In this document: piece after piece, positions 10,640 to 21,215 of the stretch | Position numbering within the stretch: the first letter of the stretch is position 1 | Layout of the letters: each line of letters opens with the position of its first letter | NCBI GenBank assembly: GCA_002269645.1 | Contig: NIVC01005073.1 | Coordinates: 1 to 27,018, forward strand | Direction of reading: 5' to 3' | Source of the DNA: Macrostomum lignano | Lineage: Eukaryota | Length of the DNA stretch: 27,018 bases | Translations under genes and position numbers: made by a program | Notes under the pieces: model-generated | What the model was told of the DNA's origin: nothing | Database searches by the model: none | Seen by the model: the letters and a program-made list of their open reading frames with translations, nothing else

Positions 10640-11891
10640 AGCATAACCGTTTAGCCTGTTATAAACTACACGCACTACTAGCGAGTAACGTGTTGTCTAA
10701 TCATACACATCTAATCATATTTTATTGACAGTTTCAAAAGTTTTGCAGCTGTTTCCTTCTTGTTCTGTTTATTTGCAGTCTTATTTGTGTGCGTAACAAA
10801 CGGGTGGCATATTGAAGTTTTTATTCACTTTTAAAACAATTAGTTAACAATTCAATTGATTCCGTATGCTCCATTTGTTGTTGTTATCTCTTTTTTAACT
10901 AGCTTTTCCCGTATTACAATGAGTTCTTTTTTGTCGCTGCTATTCATCAAGCCCCTGTCTGGTGTGTCTAGCTGTTCTCGTCCCCCGTTTATCTATATTT
11001 TTTCGTTTTTTGCTTTCACATGCTATTTTGAATCGCATCAAATTAGCAAGCGCGTCTCCTGTCCCTACTGACTACTGTTAGTAGGCGTATAAAAAAGCTG
11101 GCATTAGAATGACCTATCTTGTGCAGAGCGGTGTTGAGCCTGCCCCCAGTCGCTTAATTCTCATGCTGATACATTGATTATTTAAATTGCAAATATTGCA
11201 AAAGAAACAAAATTGAATAAAAGAGAAGCCCCTGTTGCTGTTCTGTTGGGCCGCGTCTTGTGGCTGGCTTTGTTTCGCCGGAGGAACTGTTGATGAATGG
11301 AAAATGACTTAAACGATTTTACAGTCCCCCTGCCGGGGTTGAGTCGCTCTTATCTGTTTGACTTGAGTTCATTTCTGTTTCACCCTATAGTGTAGGGAAA
11401 TATGTCTTCTACATATCCTAGAGAGGACGGAAGCCTCTCTATGCGGCCCTCGGGTCCTTTGAAACTTTACAATAGCGATCCAGCCTGCTCAAGGTTTCTG
11501 TCTCTTCTCAGCTCTCTTTTCTCCCTTCTCTATTCCCCTTCCTCCCGTTGGAAACGATTTCGTAACAAGAATCACTAGGGAGGCATTGCAATCAACTCTC
11601 TAGTAGTAACTCTAGCGACTCTTGTGACTTTTCAAAACAACTGTTGGGTCACAAGCGCGTCATGCAAGTTGCAGAATCGAAAGAGTCTTCCTGGAATCGT
11701 TGTGTTGACGATTAACTTTCGCTAGAGATGTGACTCTATATTCAATATTCATCAAGGGATCGCAAATGCGCTTCAAACACAACTCCGTGACTACAGCGAC
11801 TCAAAATACGACTCTACGGCCCTCTAGAGCTGCAGACAATTAAACGATTCAGCCTTCAAAGTGACTCTTTGATACTTTTTGGCGACTTGTA

Positions 11892-12368
11892 CCCTGCGTG
11901 CCGGACGACATCGAGGCTGCGATCTTGTGCCGAGGCGCTGATGGACAGGCGACAGAGCTTCCGCGTTGTACGGCAGTTCGTCTACCTCGGCGGTCTGGTT
12001 CCCGCGGCGTCCGCGAGGATTTGCGGCGTCGCTGCGGGCTTGCCTGGGCTGCGGGCTTGCCTGGGCTGCCTTTCGTTCTGTGAGGGCAATCCTGCAGTCC
12101 AAGGCCTTACCTGACCGCCAGAGGGCGGCGTTGTTCCAGTCGGTGATCGAGACCGTCTTGCTGTACAACGCCGAGACCTGGACGCTGAGGGAGTCGCTCG
12201 AGCTTTGTATCGCCGCGCCGGCCTGGTCCGTCCAAGCGACCTGTTGCGCCGTCGGCGACTCCAGCTGGCAGGCCACATCATCCGCGCCGAGTCGTACTGC
12301 CCAGAGCCGGTGCAGGAGGTGCTGTTGCTAACCCTGCAGGCACCCTACCGGCGGGGCCGGGCGCGCCC
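11892..12368 (+). mobile_element. Frameshifted fragment of an RTE-type non-LTR retrotransposon (post-RT region)
   Basis: Across frames: QFVYLGG, AWAAF, VIETVLLYNAETWTL, RRRRLQLAGHIIR, which are typical C-terminal motifs of RTE-clade ORFs. Confidence 0.8.
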
Positions 12369-12982
12369 TGTGACGCAACTGCGTATTTTAGAGGTTTTAC
12401 GTGTAGGTTCACGTGATAAAAAACGCAAAAATAAATCAAATAAACTCTGTTATTATTCTGCTATTTGTAGTGTATTTGCTACCTGCTATATAATATATTT
12501 GTCTGAATAAACACTTCAGCTACTAGCGATATAATAATAAATGTTTGAAGCATGCATTTATTAAATAATCAATGCTCTAAAACGTGTACATTTCGATTTT
12601 AAATAAGCCCAATGTTTTATAACAGGCAGTCGCCATATGGGCACTCTTATGACAAAAAAAGATTCTGTACAGTGTTTAAAAATGGAATATTGACTTCGCC
12701 GTGTTTACATTACAAGCGGTATAAATATAATTAACGACAAACAAATATTAGGGTAATAAAACACTGTCCTGACCACCTGCGGACTTCTGCTGCCCATTTA
12801 AAAGCGATTTTATACACACAAAAAACTGGAATTGACCGCGATTTGAATGAGAACCATGCTTTCATAGCGACTTCTCTGCATTTAGCATGAAAATTAGAAG
12901 CAATTCAAGCAATATTTAATTTCGGGAAACTATATAGGTTTCTCGGAAAATTTTAGGACACTTTTCAAATATTTTTAAGAAG

Positions 12983-13300
12983 AGCTGGTTGTAACCTATT
13001 GGTTAGAGGAGCGTCGGACTCACGATTAAAAGGTCGGGGGTTCGATTCTCGACCCACTAGAAACAAGCTGTGTCCTTAAGCAAGACACTTAACTCTGCAT
13101 TGCTTCAGTTCACCCAGCTGTCAAATGGGTGCCAGCATTATAGCTGGGGTAATTGAGGGTGTGTGCGGTGACCCCCCAGTCCTTGGACTGAACAGCCGTA
13201 CGCAGCCTTCAGATGCGCCGCGCAATAGCTGCGGCTGAGCTGTCGGTTGCACATCTGGCCATTAGGGCAGGTGTAATCAATTTTATTATTATTATTATTA
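12983..13300 (+). mobile_element. tRNA-derived CORE-like SINE, copy 2, with (TTA)n tail
   Basis: Closely similar to 2868-3150; B box at about 13040-13049; TTA repeats to about 13300. Confidence 0.85.
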
Positions 13301-14143
13301 GGAAGCAGGTTCTACCGAAAAAAAACATTACAGTAGTGATATGATCGGTTTTCACTTCTCAGCAAATAGAATACTAATTTTTAAGCGAAAAGCTTTATGA
13401 ATATCAACTAGAACTATAAGAAGGCAAGACATATCAAAAGATGAACATTGGTTCTGCCTCCTATCAGAAGGAATAACAATTTTTATTGAAAAAATGAAAA
13501 CCTCCCATCTCCATAATGTAGTTTTTCGGTAAACTTCTAAAATTTTACAAGAAACGCACTTCCCATCCTTTCGTCCTTGGCGCAAGCAATGAAAAAAGCA
13601 AAATTTTGGTTTAATAAATACAAACTATAACAATCGAGTTGCTCTACTGTTTTGAGTATAAGTAGTATATAGTATCAGTAGTCTGTTTTATACATGTATA
13701 ACCGCCCGCTGTTTCAGTTATTATACGCTATACATGTACATGTACGAGTTACTGTTATATTTCACTAGTCCTGCATATCGCTACGCTGCAGCCTGCTGGT
13801 CAAAAAACGAAGACTCACTCAGCTGCAGGACTCCTGAAATGATGGTGAATGCGAAAATGATGAGTTGGCCCCGCAAAGCTGATCTATTTGTTGAGTTAGT
13901 GCTGAAGGTTAATTGGTTCCCGCGTACACTCATGCCTGATAGGAGACTCGCCCTCGGAAACAAGCCTTCCAGACTCGCTCCAAACTAAGCCACTTCCGAG
14001 ACTTCTGGGTTTCCCCGCTCTCGGACCGCTTTTCAGTAGCATCCCAAACATTTTCAAATTATTTTTTTCGCGCACTTCCGGGACTTGTCTGCTGGGTGGT
14101 GGCTGGGGTGGACTCGGTCCTAGCACCGTCCCTGATTCCACTT

Positions 14144-14675
14144 TTGGGTTGGCGGTGTCTTAGTCCATAGGCTTGGGTTGGCGGTGTCTTAGTCCATAGG
14201 CTTGGGTTGGCGGTGTCTTAGTCCATAGGCTTGGGTTGGCGGTGTCTTAGTCCATAGGCTTGGGTTGGCGGTGTCTTAGTCCATAGGCTTGGGTTGGCGG
14301 TGTCTTAGTCCATAGGCTTGGGTTGGCGGTGTCTTAGTCCATAGGCTTGGGTTTGCGGTGTCTTAGTCCATAGGCTTGGGTTGGCGGTGTCTTAGTCCAT
14401 AGGCTTGGGTTGGCGGTGTCTTAGTCCATAGGCTTGGGTTGGCGGTGTCTTAGTCCATAGGCTTGGGTTGGCGGTGTCTTAGTCCATAGGCTTGGGTTGG
14501 CGGTGTCTTAGTCCATAGGCTTGGGTTGGCGGTGTCTTAGTCCATAGGCTTGGGTTGGCGGTGTCTTAGTCCATAGGCTTGGGTTGGCGGTGTCTTAGTC
14601 CATAGGCTTGGGTTGGCGGTGTCTTAGTCCATAGGCTTGGGTTGGCGGTGTCTTAGTCCATAGGCTTGGGTTGGC
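14144..14675. repeat. 29-bp minisatellite (TTGGGTTGGCGGTGTCTTAGTCCATAGGC)n
   Basis: 18 full copies plus a partial one; a single substitution seen near 14354. Confidence 0.97.
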
Positions 14676-15221
14676 AGCTCCCCCTGGCCCAGACGTCAGG
14701 GTCTAACCTCGGGGTATCTCGGGCTATATGCCCCTGGTAGTTGCCCCTCGGCGGCAGAGTCCCTCCCCGGGCTGATCCGCGGGTAGCTCCCGGCTTCCCA
14801 CCCTCGTTCAACAACAACACTCATGCTATGGAGCCCCAAGAACTGACAGATCGATAAACTAGAAATGTGCGAATGCAAGTAACTACATTATACCTGACAT
14901 TTTATTGATACTCTACTCGCAGTAAAAATAGCAGAATATTCGAGTATAAAAAATTAATCCTAATTGGAACATTTTTTGATACTATACTCTACTAACAGTT
15001 GAAGCATAGGTAAATACGCAAAAATCAATAATTCTATTGTTCAACACAGGTACTTTGCTCGTAAAATTAACCCGTTTTTGTCACGGAAACGACGAATATA
15101 TAATGCCTAAGTACATGGGTCAAATTTTATTGCTGATATTTATAGATTATTCTAAGGTTTATAGCCCGGATTTCAGACCAAAAAATCCTTATCAAAAGTA
15201 CTTGCCCGACACAAAATGGCA

Positions 15222-15227
15222 TTTATT
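15222..15227 (-). promoter_or_regulatory. Candidate poly(A) signal of the tau-like gene
   Basis: AATAAA on the minus strand about 180 nt after the stop. Confidence 0.3.
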
Positions 15228-15406
15228 ATATTTATCCAACCAATGCAATGCAGTCAGCAAAGTCAGCAATATTACTTACAGTAGCAATATCGCCGTCTAC
15301 GTCCAATTTTTGCTCGCTCTGAATCTGAAATGATTATTTTAGTTACTAATTTACTATGCAGCCAAATAGTAAACAGTTTAAACAAAAGATTAAATTCTAA
15401 ATCCAG

Positions 15407-15529
15407 TCAGCGCTGCAGCACCTCCGCATCCCGTTCGGCAGTCTCGACAGAGTTCGCTGACAGGTGGCTGCCCGTCTCCAGCGAGCCGACCTTGGAGGCA
15501 GCCCGCCATTCGGGCTTCTCGCTGAAGAT
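15407..15529 (-). CDS. tau: Tau/MAP2-like gene, exon 9 (degenerate repeat 6 and stop)
   Basis: Acceptor TTATGCAG; IFSEKPEWRAASKVGSLETGSHLSANSVETAERDAEVLQR-stop. Confidence 0.8.
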   Translation of the reverse strand: MFSEKPEWRAASKVGSLETGSHLSANSVETAERDAEVLQR

Positions 15530-15553
15530 CTGCATAAGGGATTTATATAATTT

Positions 15554-15586
15554 CTGTCTGTCTTATAAGTGTCTGTCTGTCTGCCC

Positions 15587-15618
<32 letters not shown>

Positions 15619-15641
15619 TAGTGCCTGTCTGTCTGTCTTAG

Positions 15642-15686
<45 letters not shown>

Positions 15687-15785
15687 TAGTGTCTGTCTGT
15701 CTGTCTTAGTGTCTGTCTGCCCGTCTGTCTGTCTGTCTGTCTGTCTTAGTGTCTGTCTTAGTGTCTGTCTTAGTGTCTGTCTTAG

Positions 15786-15850
<65 letters not shown>

Positions 15851-15961
15851 GTCTGTCTGTCTGTCTGTCTTAGTGTCTGTCTTAGTGTCTGTCTGTCTGT
15901 CTGTCTTAGTGTCTTAGTGTCTGTCTGTCTGTCTTAGTGTCTGTCTGTCTGTCTGTCTGTG

Positions 15962-16050
<89 letters not shown>

Positions 16051-16053
16051 TAG

Positions 16054-16100
<47 letters not shown>

Positions 16101-16101
16101 G

Positions 16102-16140
<39 letters not shown>

Positions 16141-16153
16141 CTGTCTGTCTGTG

Positions 16154-16236
<83 letters not shown>

Positions 16237-16237
16237 G

Positions 16238-16280
<43 letters not shown>

Positions 16281-16305
16281 GTGTCTGTCTGTGTGTCTGT
16301 CTGTG

Positions 16306-16356
<51 letters not shown>

Positions 16357-16369
16357 CTGTCTGTCTGTC
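15554..16369. repeat. (CTGT)n / (GACA)n microsatellite, tau-like intron 8
   Basis: About 815 bp with TTAG, GTGT and CCGT interruptions. Confidence 0.97.
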
Positions 16370-16417
16370 ACTACTTTTTACTACTTTTAGTCAGTATAGT
16401 AGTACAAACGACTGTAC

Positions 16418-16507
16418 CTTCTTCTCTCCGCCGCCCGGCTTGTGCTTGGCATTGTTTAGCGAGCCGACCTTGGAGTTCACTTTCCACTCCACCTTGCTGT
16501 CGAGGAT
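16418..16507 (-). CDS. tau: Tau/MAP2-like gene, exon 8 (tubulin-binding repeat 5)
   Basis: CCCAG|[30 protein letters not shown]|GTACAG; 90 nt, phase 0-0. Confidence 0.9.
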
Positions 16508-16874
16508 CTGGGTCAGAATGGTCATGGCATAAACATTGGTAATGTTCAGTGTTACAAATTGTAATAAAGTGCACGCAGTGTTAATCAAGCATGTCAAGGA
16601 AAACTATTTGCAAACACGTATCATGCAAGGCTTGAATAAAATTTAACTCGTGAAGTAAGATGTTGATCCGGATGAGCAGCTGGACAGACAGGGGATGAAA
16701 TGGGGATTTCGTGTTCAGTTCCCTTTGCCGACTCATGGGAAAATTTATCGATTGGTCCGAGCTGCATTTCCTACGCACGAGACACTCGCCACATGGAGAG
16801 CAAGAAGCACACTACAGCCAAGTTTCTTCTGCTGTGTTCTTTTCTGAAGCCGCCATTTCCTGACTGGCACTCAC

Positions 16875-16964
16875 CTTCTTGTCGCCTCCGCCTGCCTGGT
16901 GCTTGGCATTCTCTAGCGACCCAACCTTTGACTCCGCCTTCCACTCTACTTTCTGGTCTACGAT
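16875..16964 (-). CDS. tau: Tau/MAP2-like gene, exon 7 (repeat 4)
   Basis: CGCAG|IVDQKVEWKAESKVGSLENAKHQAGGGDKK|GTGAGT; 90 nt. Confidence 0.9.
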
Positions 16965-16994
16965 CTGCGGCGTAGGGAAATGCGGGAGTTCGAG

Positions 16995-17666
16995 CTGACA
17001 TAATTAATAGCGTACCTGACATAATCTATAACATACCTGACATAATCTATAGCGTACCTGACATAATCTTTAGCGTACCTGACAGTAATCTATAACATAC
17101 CTGACATAATCTATAGCGTACCTGACAATAATCTATAGCATACCTGACATAATCTATAGCGTACCTGACAATAATCTATAGCATACCTGACATAATCTCT
17201 AGCTTACTTGACAGTAATCTATAGCATACCTGACAATAATCTATAGCGTACCTGACAATAATCTATAGCATACCTGACAATAATCTATAGCATACCTGAC
17301 AATAATCTATAGCGTACCTGACAATAATCTATAGCATACCTGACAATAATCTATAGCATACCTGACAATAATCTATAGCGTACCTGACATAATCTATAGC
17401 ATACCTGACATAGTCTTTAGTATTCCTGACATAATCTATAGCATACCTGACATAGTATTTAGTATTCCTGACATAATCTATAGCGTACCTGACATAGTCT
17501 ATAGTATTCCTGACATAATCTTTTGCGTACCTGACATAATTTACAGCGTACCTGACATAATATATAGCGTACCTGACAATAATCTATAGCATACTTGACA
17601 TAATCTAAAACATACCTGACATAATCTATAGCGTACCTGACATAGTCTATGCTATGCCTGACATAA
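16995..17666. repeat. 21-22 bp minisatellite (CCTGACA(A)TAATCTATAGCRTA)n, tau-like intron 6
   Basis: About 30 imperfect copies. Confidence 0.95.
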
Positions 17667-17824
17667 TAAAATTGCAGTCTGACATGCGATTACAATCCAC
17701 TTTCAATCCATTTTTCAGACAATAAGTTTGACAAAGTTTACCATCAATTCAACATCTGTGGCAGCAGGTTCTCAGCACCTCATCAGCACCTCTGACCAGT
17801 CTGCGCCTGTCACAAACAGCTCAC

Positions 17825-17914
17825 CTTTCTCTCGCCGCCTCCGGGCTTGTGCTTCGCATTGTCCATTGAGCCAATCTTAGAAGCCACATTCCACTCCAAC
17901 TTCTTGTTCTCGAT
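17825..17914 (-). CDS. tau: Tau/MAP2-like gene, exon 6 (repeat 3)
   Basis: CTGCAG|[30 protein letters not shown]|GTGAGC; 90 nt. Confidence 0.9.
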
Positions 17915-18100
17915 CTGCAGAATTCAATTTCGACAATTCAACTTCGTCGCATTTCAAAACAGAAGTTTTGAAGTAAACAGAAGTAAGTTACACGCACCCG
18001 GGTTTGGGTTGAGTTTCGAAAAAATTATGAGAATTCAAGATCCTAGAAGGTCAAGTCTAATATCCCATGAGATCCCACTGAAGGTCAAGTCCAACATCCT

Positions 18101-18449
18101 ATGAGATCCATGAGGGTCATGGCCAGCCTCCATGAGATCCATGAGGGTCATGGCCAGCCTCCATGAGATCCATGAGGGTCATGGCCAGCCTCCATGAGAT
18201 CCATGAGGGTCATGGCCAGCCTCCATGAGATCCATGAGGGTCATGGCCAGCCTCCATGAGATCCATGAGGGTCATGGCCAGCCTCCATGAGATCCATGAG
18301 GGTCATGGCCAGCCTCCATGAGATCCATGAGGGTCATGGCCAGCCTCCATGAGATCCATGAGGGTCATGGCCAGCCTCCATGAGATCCATGAGGGTCATG
18401 GCCAGCCTCCATGAGATCCATGAGGGTCATGGCCAGCCTCCATGAGATC
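18101..18449. repeat. 31-bp minisatellite (ATGAGATCCATGAGGGTCATGGCCAGCCTCC)n, tau-like intron 5
   Basis: 11 identical copies plus a partial one; diverged precursor-like units at about 18035-18100. Confidence 0.97.
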
Positions 18450-18458
18450 TGAGCTCAC

Positions 18459-18548
18459 CTTTCTCTCGCCGCCTCCGGGCTTGTGCTTGGCATTGTCCAG
18501 TGAGCCAATCTTAGACTGCACCTTCCACTCCGGCTTGGCGCTGAATAT
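18459..18548 (-). CDS. tau: Tau/MAP2-like gene, exon 5 (repeat 2)
   Basis: CCAACAG|[30 protein letters not shown]|GTGAGC; 90 nt; close to the tau VQSKIGS.DN.KH.PGGG consensus. Confidence 0.92.
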
Positions 18549-18618
18549 CTGTTGGAATTAACGTTAATTATTCATCTTAATCATCAGCAAGAATAAAGGC
18601 TACGCGCAGTGAACTCGC

Positions 18619-18701
18619 CTTCTTCTCGCCGCCACTTGGTGTGTGCTCTGCGTTGTCAAGGGAACCGATTTTCGACCGGGCAGCCAGCTTCTTCTTGGCC
18701 T
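18619..18701 (-). CDS. tau: Tau/MAP2-like gene, exon 4 (repeat 1; GC donor)
   Basis: TTTTCAG|(E)AKKKLAARSKIGSLDNAEHTPSGGEKK|GCGAGT; 83 nt, phase 1-0. Confidence 0.85.
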
Positions 18702-18754
18702 CTGAAAATTATTGTTTCCAGGCAGTTCTTAGGAGCTGAGCATCATGAGAATCC

Positions 18755-20176
18755 GACAACTATCCCTGTGGCAGCCATCCCGGTTACAGCCATCCCAGGT
18801 GGCAACCATCCCGGTTGCAGCCATCCCGGTTGCAGCCATCCAGGTTACAGCCATCCCAGGTGGCAACCATCCCGGTTACAGCCATCCCAGGTGGCAACCA
18901 TCCCGGTTACAGCCATCCCAGGTGGCAACCATCCTGGTTGCAGCCATCCCTGTGGCAACCATCCCGGTTACAGCCATCCCAGGTGGCAACCATCCCGGTT
19001 ACAGCCATCCCTGTGGCAACCATCCCGGTTACAGCCATCCCAGGTGTCAGCCATCCCAGGTGACAACCATCCAGGCGACAACAACCCCAGGTGACAACCA
19101 TCCAGGTGACAACCATCCCAGGTGACAACAACCCCAGGTGGCAACCATCCCAGATGACAACCATCCAGGTGACAACAACCCCAGGTGGCAACCATCCAGC
19201 TGACAACAACCCCAGGTGACGATCATCCAGGCGACAACAACCCCAGGTGACAACCATCCAGGTGACAACAACCCCAGGTGACAATCATCCAGCTGACAAC
19301 AACCCCAGGTGACAACCATCCAGCTGACAACAACCCCAGGTGGCAACCATCCCAGGTGACAACCATCCAGGCGACAACAACCCCAGGTGGCAACCATCCC
19401 AGGTGACAACCATCCCAGGTGACAACCATCCAGGCGACAACAACCCCAGGTGACGATCATCCAGGCGACAACAACCCCAGGTGACAACCATCCAGGTGAC
19501 AACAACCCCAGGTGACAATCATCCAGCTGACAACAACCCCAGGTGACAACCATCCAGCTGACAACAACCCCAGGTGGCAACCATCCCAGGTGACAACCAT
19601 CCAGGCGACAACAACCCCAGGTGGCAACCATCCCAGGTGACAACCATCCCAGGTGACAACCATCCAGGCGACAACAACCCCAGGTGGCAACCATCCCAGG
19701 TGACAACCATCCAGCTGACAACAACCCCAGGTGACAATCATCCAGGTGACAACAACCCCAGATGGCAACCATCCAGGTGACAACAACCCCAGGTGGCAAC
19801 CATCCAGGTGACAACAACCCCAGGTGACAACCATCCAGCTGACAACAACCCCAGGTGACAATCATCCAGCTGACAACAACCCCAGGTGACAATCATCCAG
19901 CTGACAACAACCCCAGGTGACAACCATCCAGCTGACAACAACCCCAGGTGGCAACCATCCCAGGTGACAACCATCCAGGCGACAACAACCCCAGGTGGCA
20001 ACCATCCCAGGTGACAACCATCCCAGGTGACAACCATCCAGGTGACAACAACCCCAGGTGGCAACCATCCCAGGTGACAACCATCCAGCTGACAACAACC
20101 CCAGGTGACAATCATCCAGGTGACAACAACCCCAGGTGGCAACCATCCAGGTGACAACAACCCCAGGTGGCAACCG
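18755..20176. repeat. Complex 15/16-bp satellite (GRCAACCATCC(C)AGGT / GACAACAACCCCAGGT), tau-like intron 3
   Basis: About 1.4 kb of variant units; source of the many repetitive ORFs in the track. Confidence 0.97.
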
Positions 20177-20252
20177 TCAGCAACTAAAAATAGCATAACT
20201 ACAGCGTGTCTTCATTTCCAAGAGAAAATCAAGTGCTCATCAGTCAGCGCAC

Positions 20253-20268
20253 CGGAATCAGCTGAGGC
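20253..20268 (-). CDS. tau: Tau/MAP2-like gene, predicted 16-nt microexon 3 (ASADS+G)
   Basis: TTCTTGCAG|GCCTCAGCTGATTCCG|GTGCGC; phase 0-1 is exactly what is needed to join exon 2 to exon 4. Confidence 0.55.
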
Positions 20269-20362
20269 CTGCAAGAATGGAAAAAGAAATCTGTTATTTT
20301 AACGCCATTCTATTCATCAAATCCGAAAGTGTAGCCAGTAGCGTTGAGGCGCTTGAACTCAC

Positions 20363-20394
20363 CGACAAAGAGCTGCTGACGGGCCTAGCGGGTC
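20363..20394 (-). CDS. tau: Tau/MAP2-like gene, predicted 32-nt microexon 2 (RPARPVSSSLS)
   Basis: CCACTCCCACAG|...|GTGAGT; phase 1-0 matches the end of exon 1. Confidence 0.7.
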
Positions 20395-20700
20395 CTGTGG
20401 GAGTGGGATAAGCATAGAAATTTCTTTAACTACTGGATGCAGAATTGCAGTGGGCAAAGCGGTAAAAGCATTCAATAAAAGTGCAAATTGCGGTACTGAC
20501 TGAAGCTGGGTTAGAGGCAAGCGAACTTCAGCGCGCTTTGGATGAAGAAGTACATTGAGTCACGTGCCCCTAACGGTCAAGTGCATCTGGAATTCATTTG
20601 TCTCTCTCTCCAACTGTCTAGCAGCAATCTCTTTCCCTGCGCCATCTGTTCCTTCTGAATCTATCCATCTGCACTGCAACTTTAATTAATTTTAATGCAT

Positions 20701-21215
20701 GAAGGGGTAGATAAGGGAGAGGTAGATACAGAGGTAGATAAGGGACAGGTAAATAAGGGACGGCTAGATAAGGGACAGGTAGATAAGGGAGAGGTAGATA
20801 AGGGAGTGATAGATAAGGGAGGGGTAGAAAAGGGACAGGTAGAGAGGTAGTTATTGCAGAGGTAGATAAGGGAAAGGTAGATAAGGGAGAGGTAGATAAG
20901 GGAAAGGTAAATAAGGGAGAGGTAGATAAGGGAAAGGTAGATAAGGGAGAGGTAGATAAGGGAAAGGTAGATAAGGGAGAGGTAGATAAGGGAAAGGTAG
21001 ATAAGGGAGAGGTAGATAAGAGAGAGGTAGATGAGGAAGAGGTAGATAAGATAGAGGTAGATAAGGGAGAGGTAGATAAGGTAGAGGTCGATAAGGGAGG
21101 GGTTGATAAGGGAAAGGGTAGATAAATGAGAGTTAGAGAGTTAGTTATTGCAGGGGTAGATAAGGGTAGATAGATAAGGGAGAGGTAGATAAGGGTAGAT
21201 AGATAGGGTAGATAG
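20701..21215. repeat. 15-bp minisatellite (GTAGATAAGGGAGAG)n, tau-like intron 1
   Basis: About 515 bp of imperfect, purine-rich copies on the plus strand. Confidence 0.95.

Noticed and set aside
14144-14675. CRISPR-like regular repeat
   Set aside because: Units are head-to-tail with no unique spacers, no cas genes are present, and the context is eukaryotic.
15749-20196. Long ORFs such as (CLSV)n, (TDRQ)n and (PGVVVTW)n
   Set aside because: Translations of satellites that lie inside tau-like introns.
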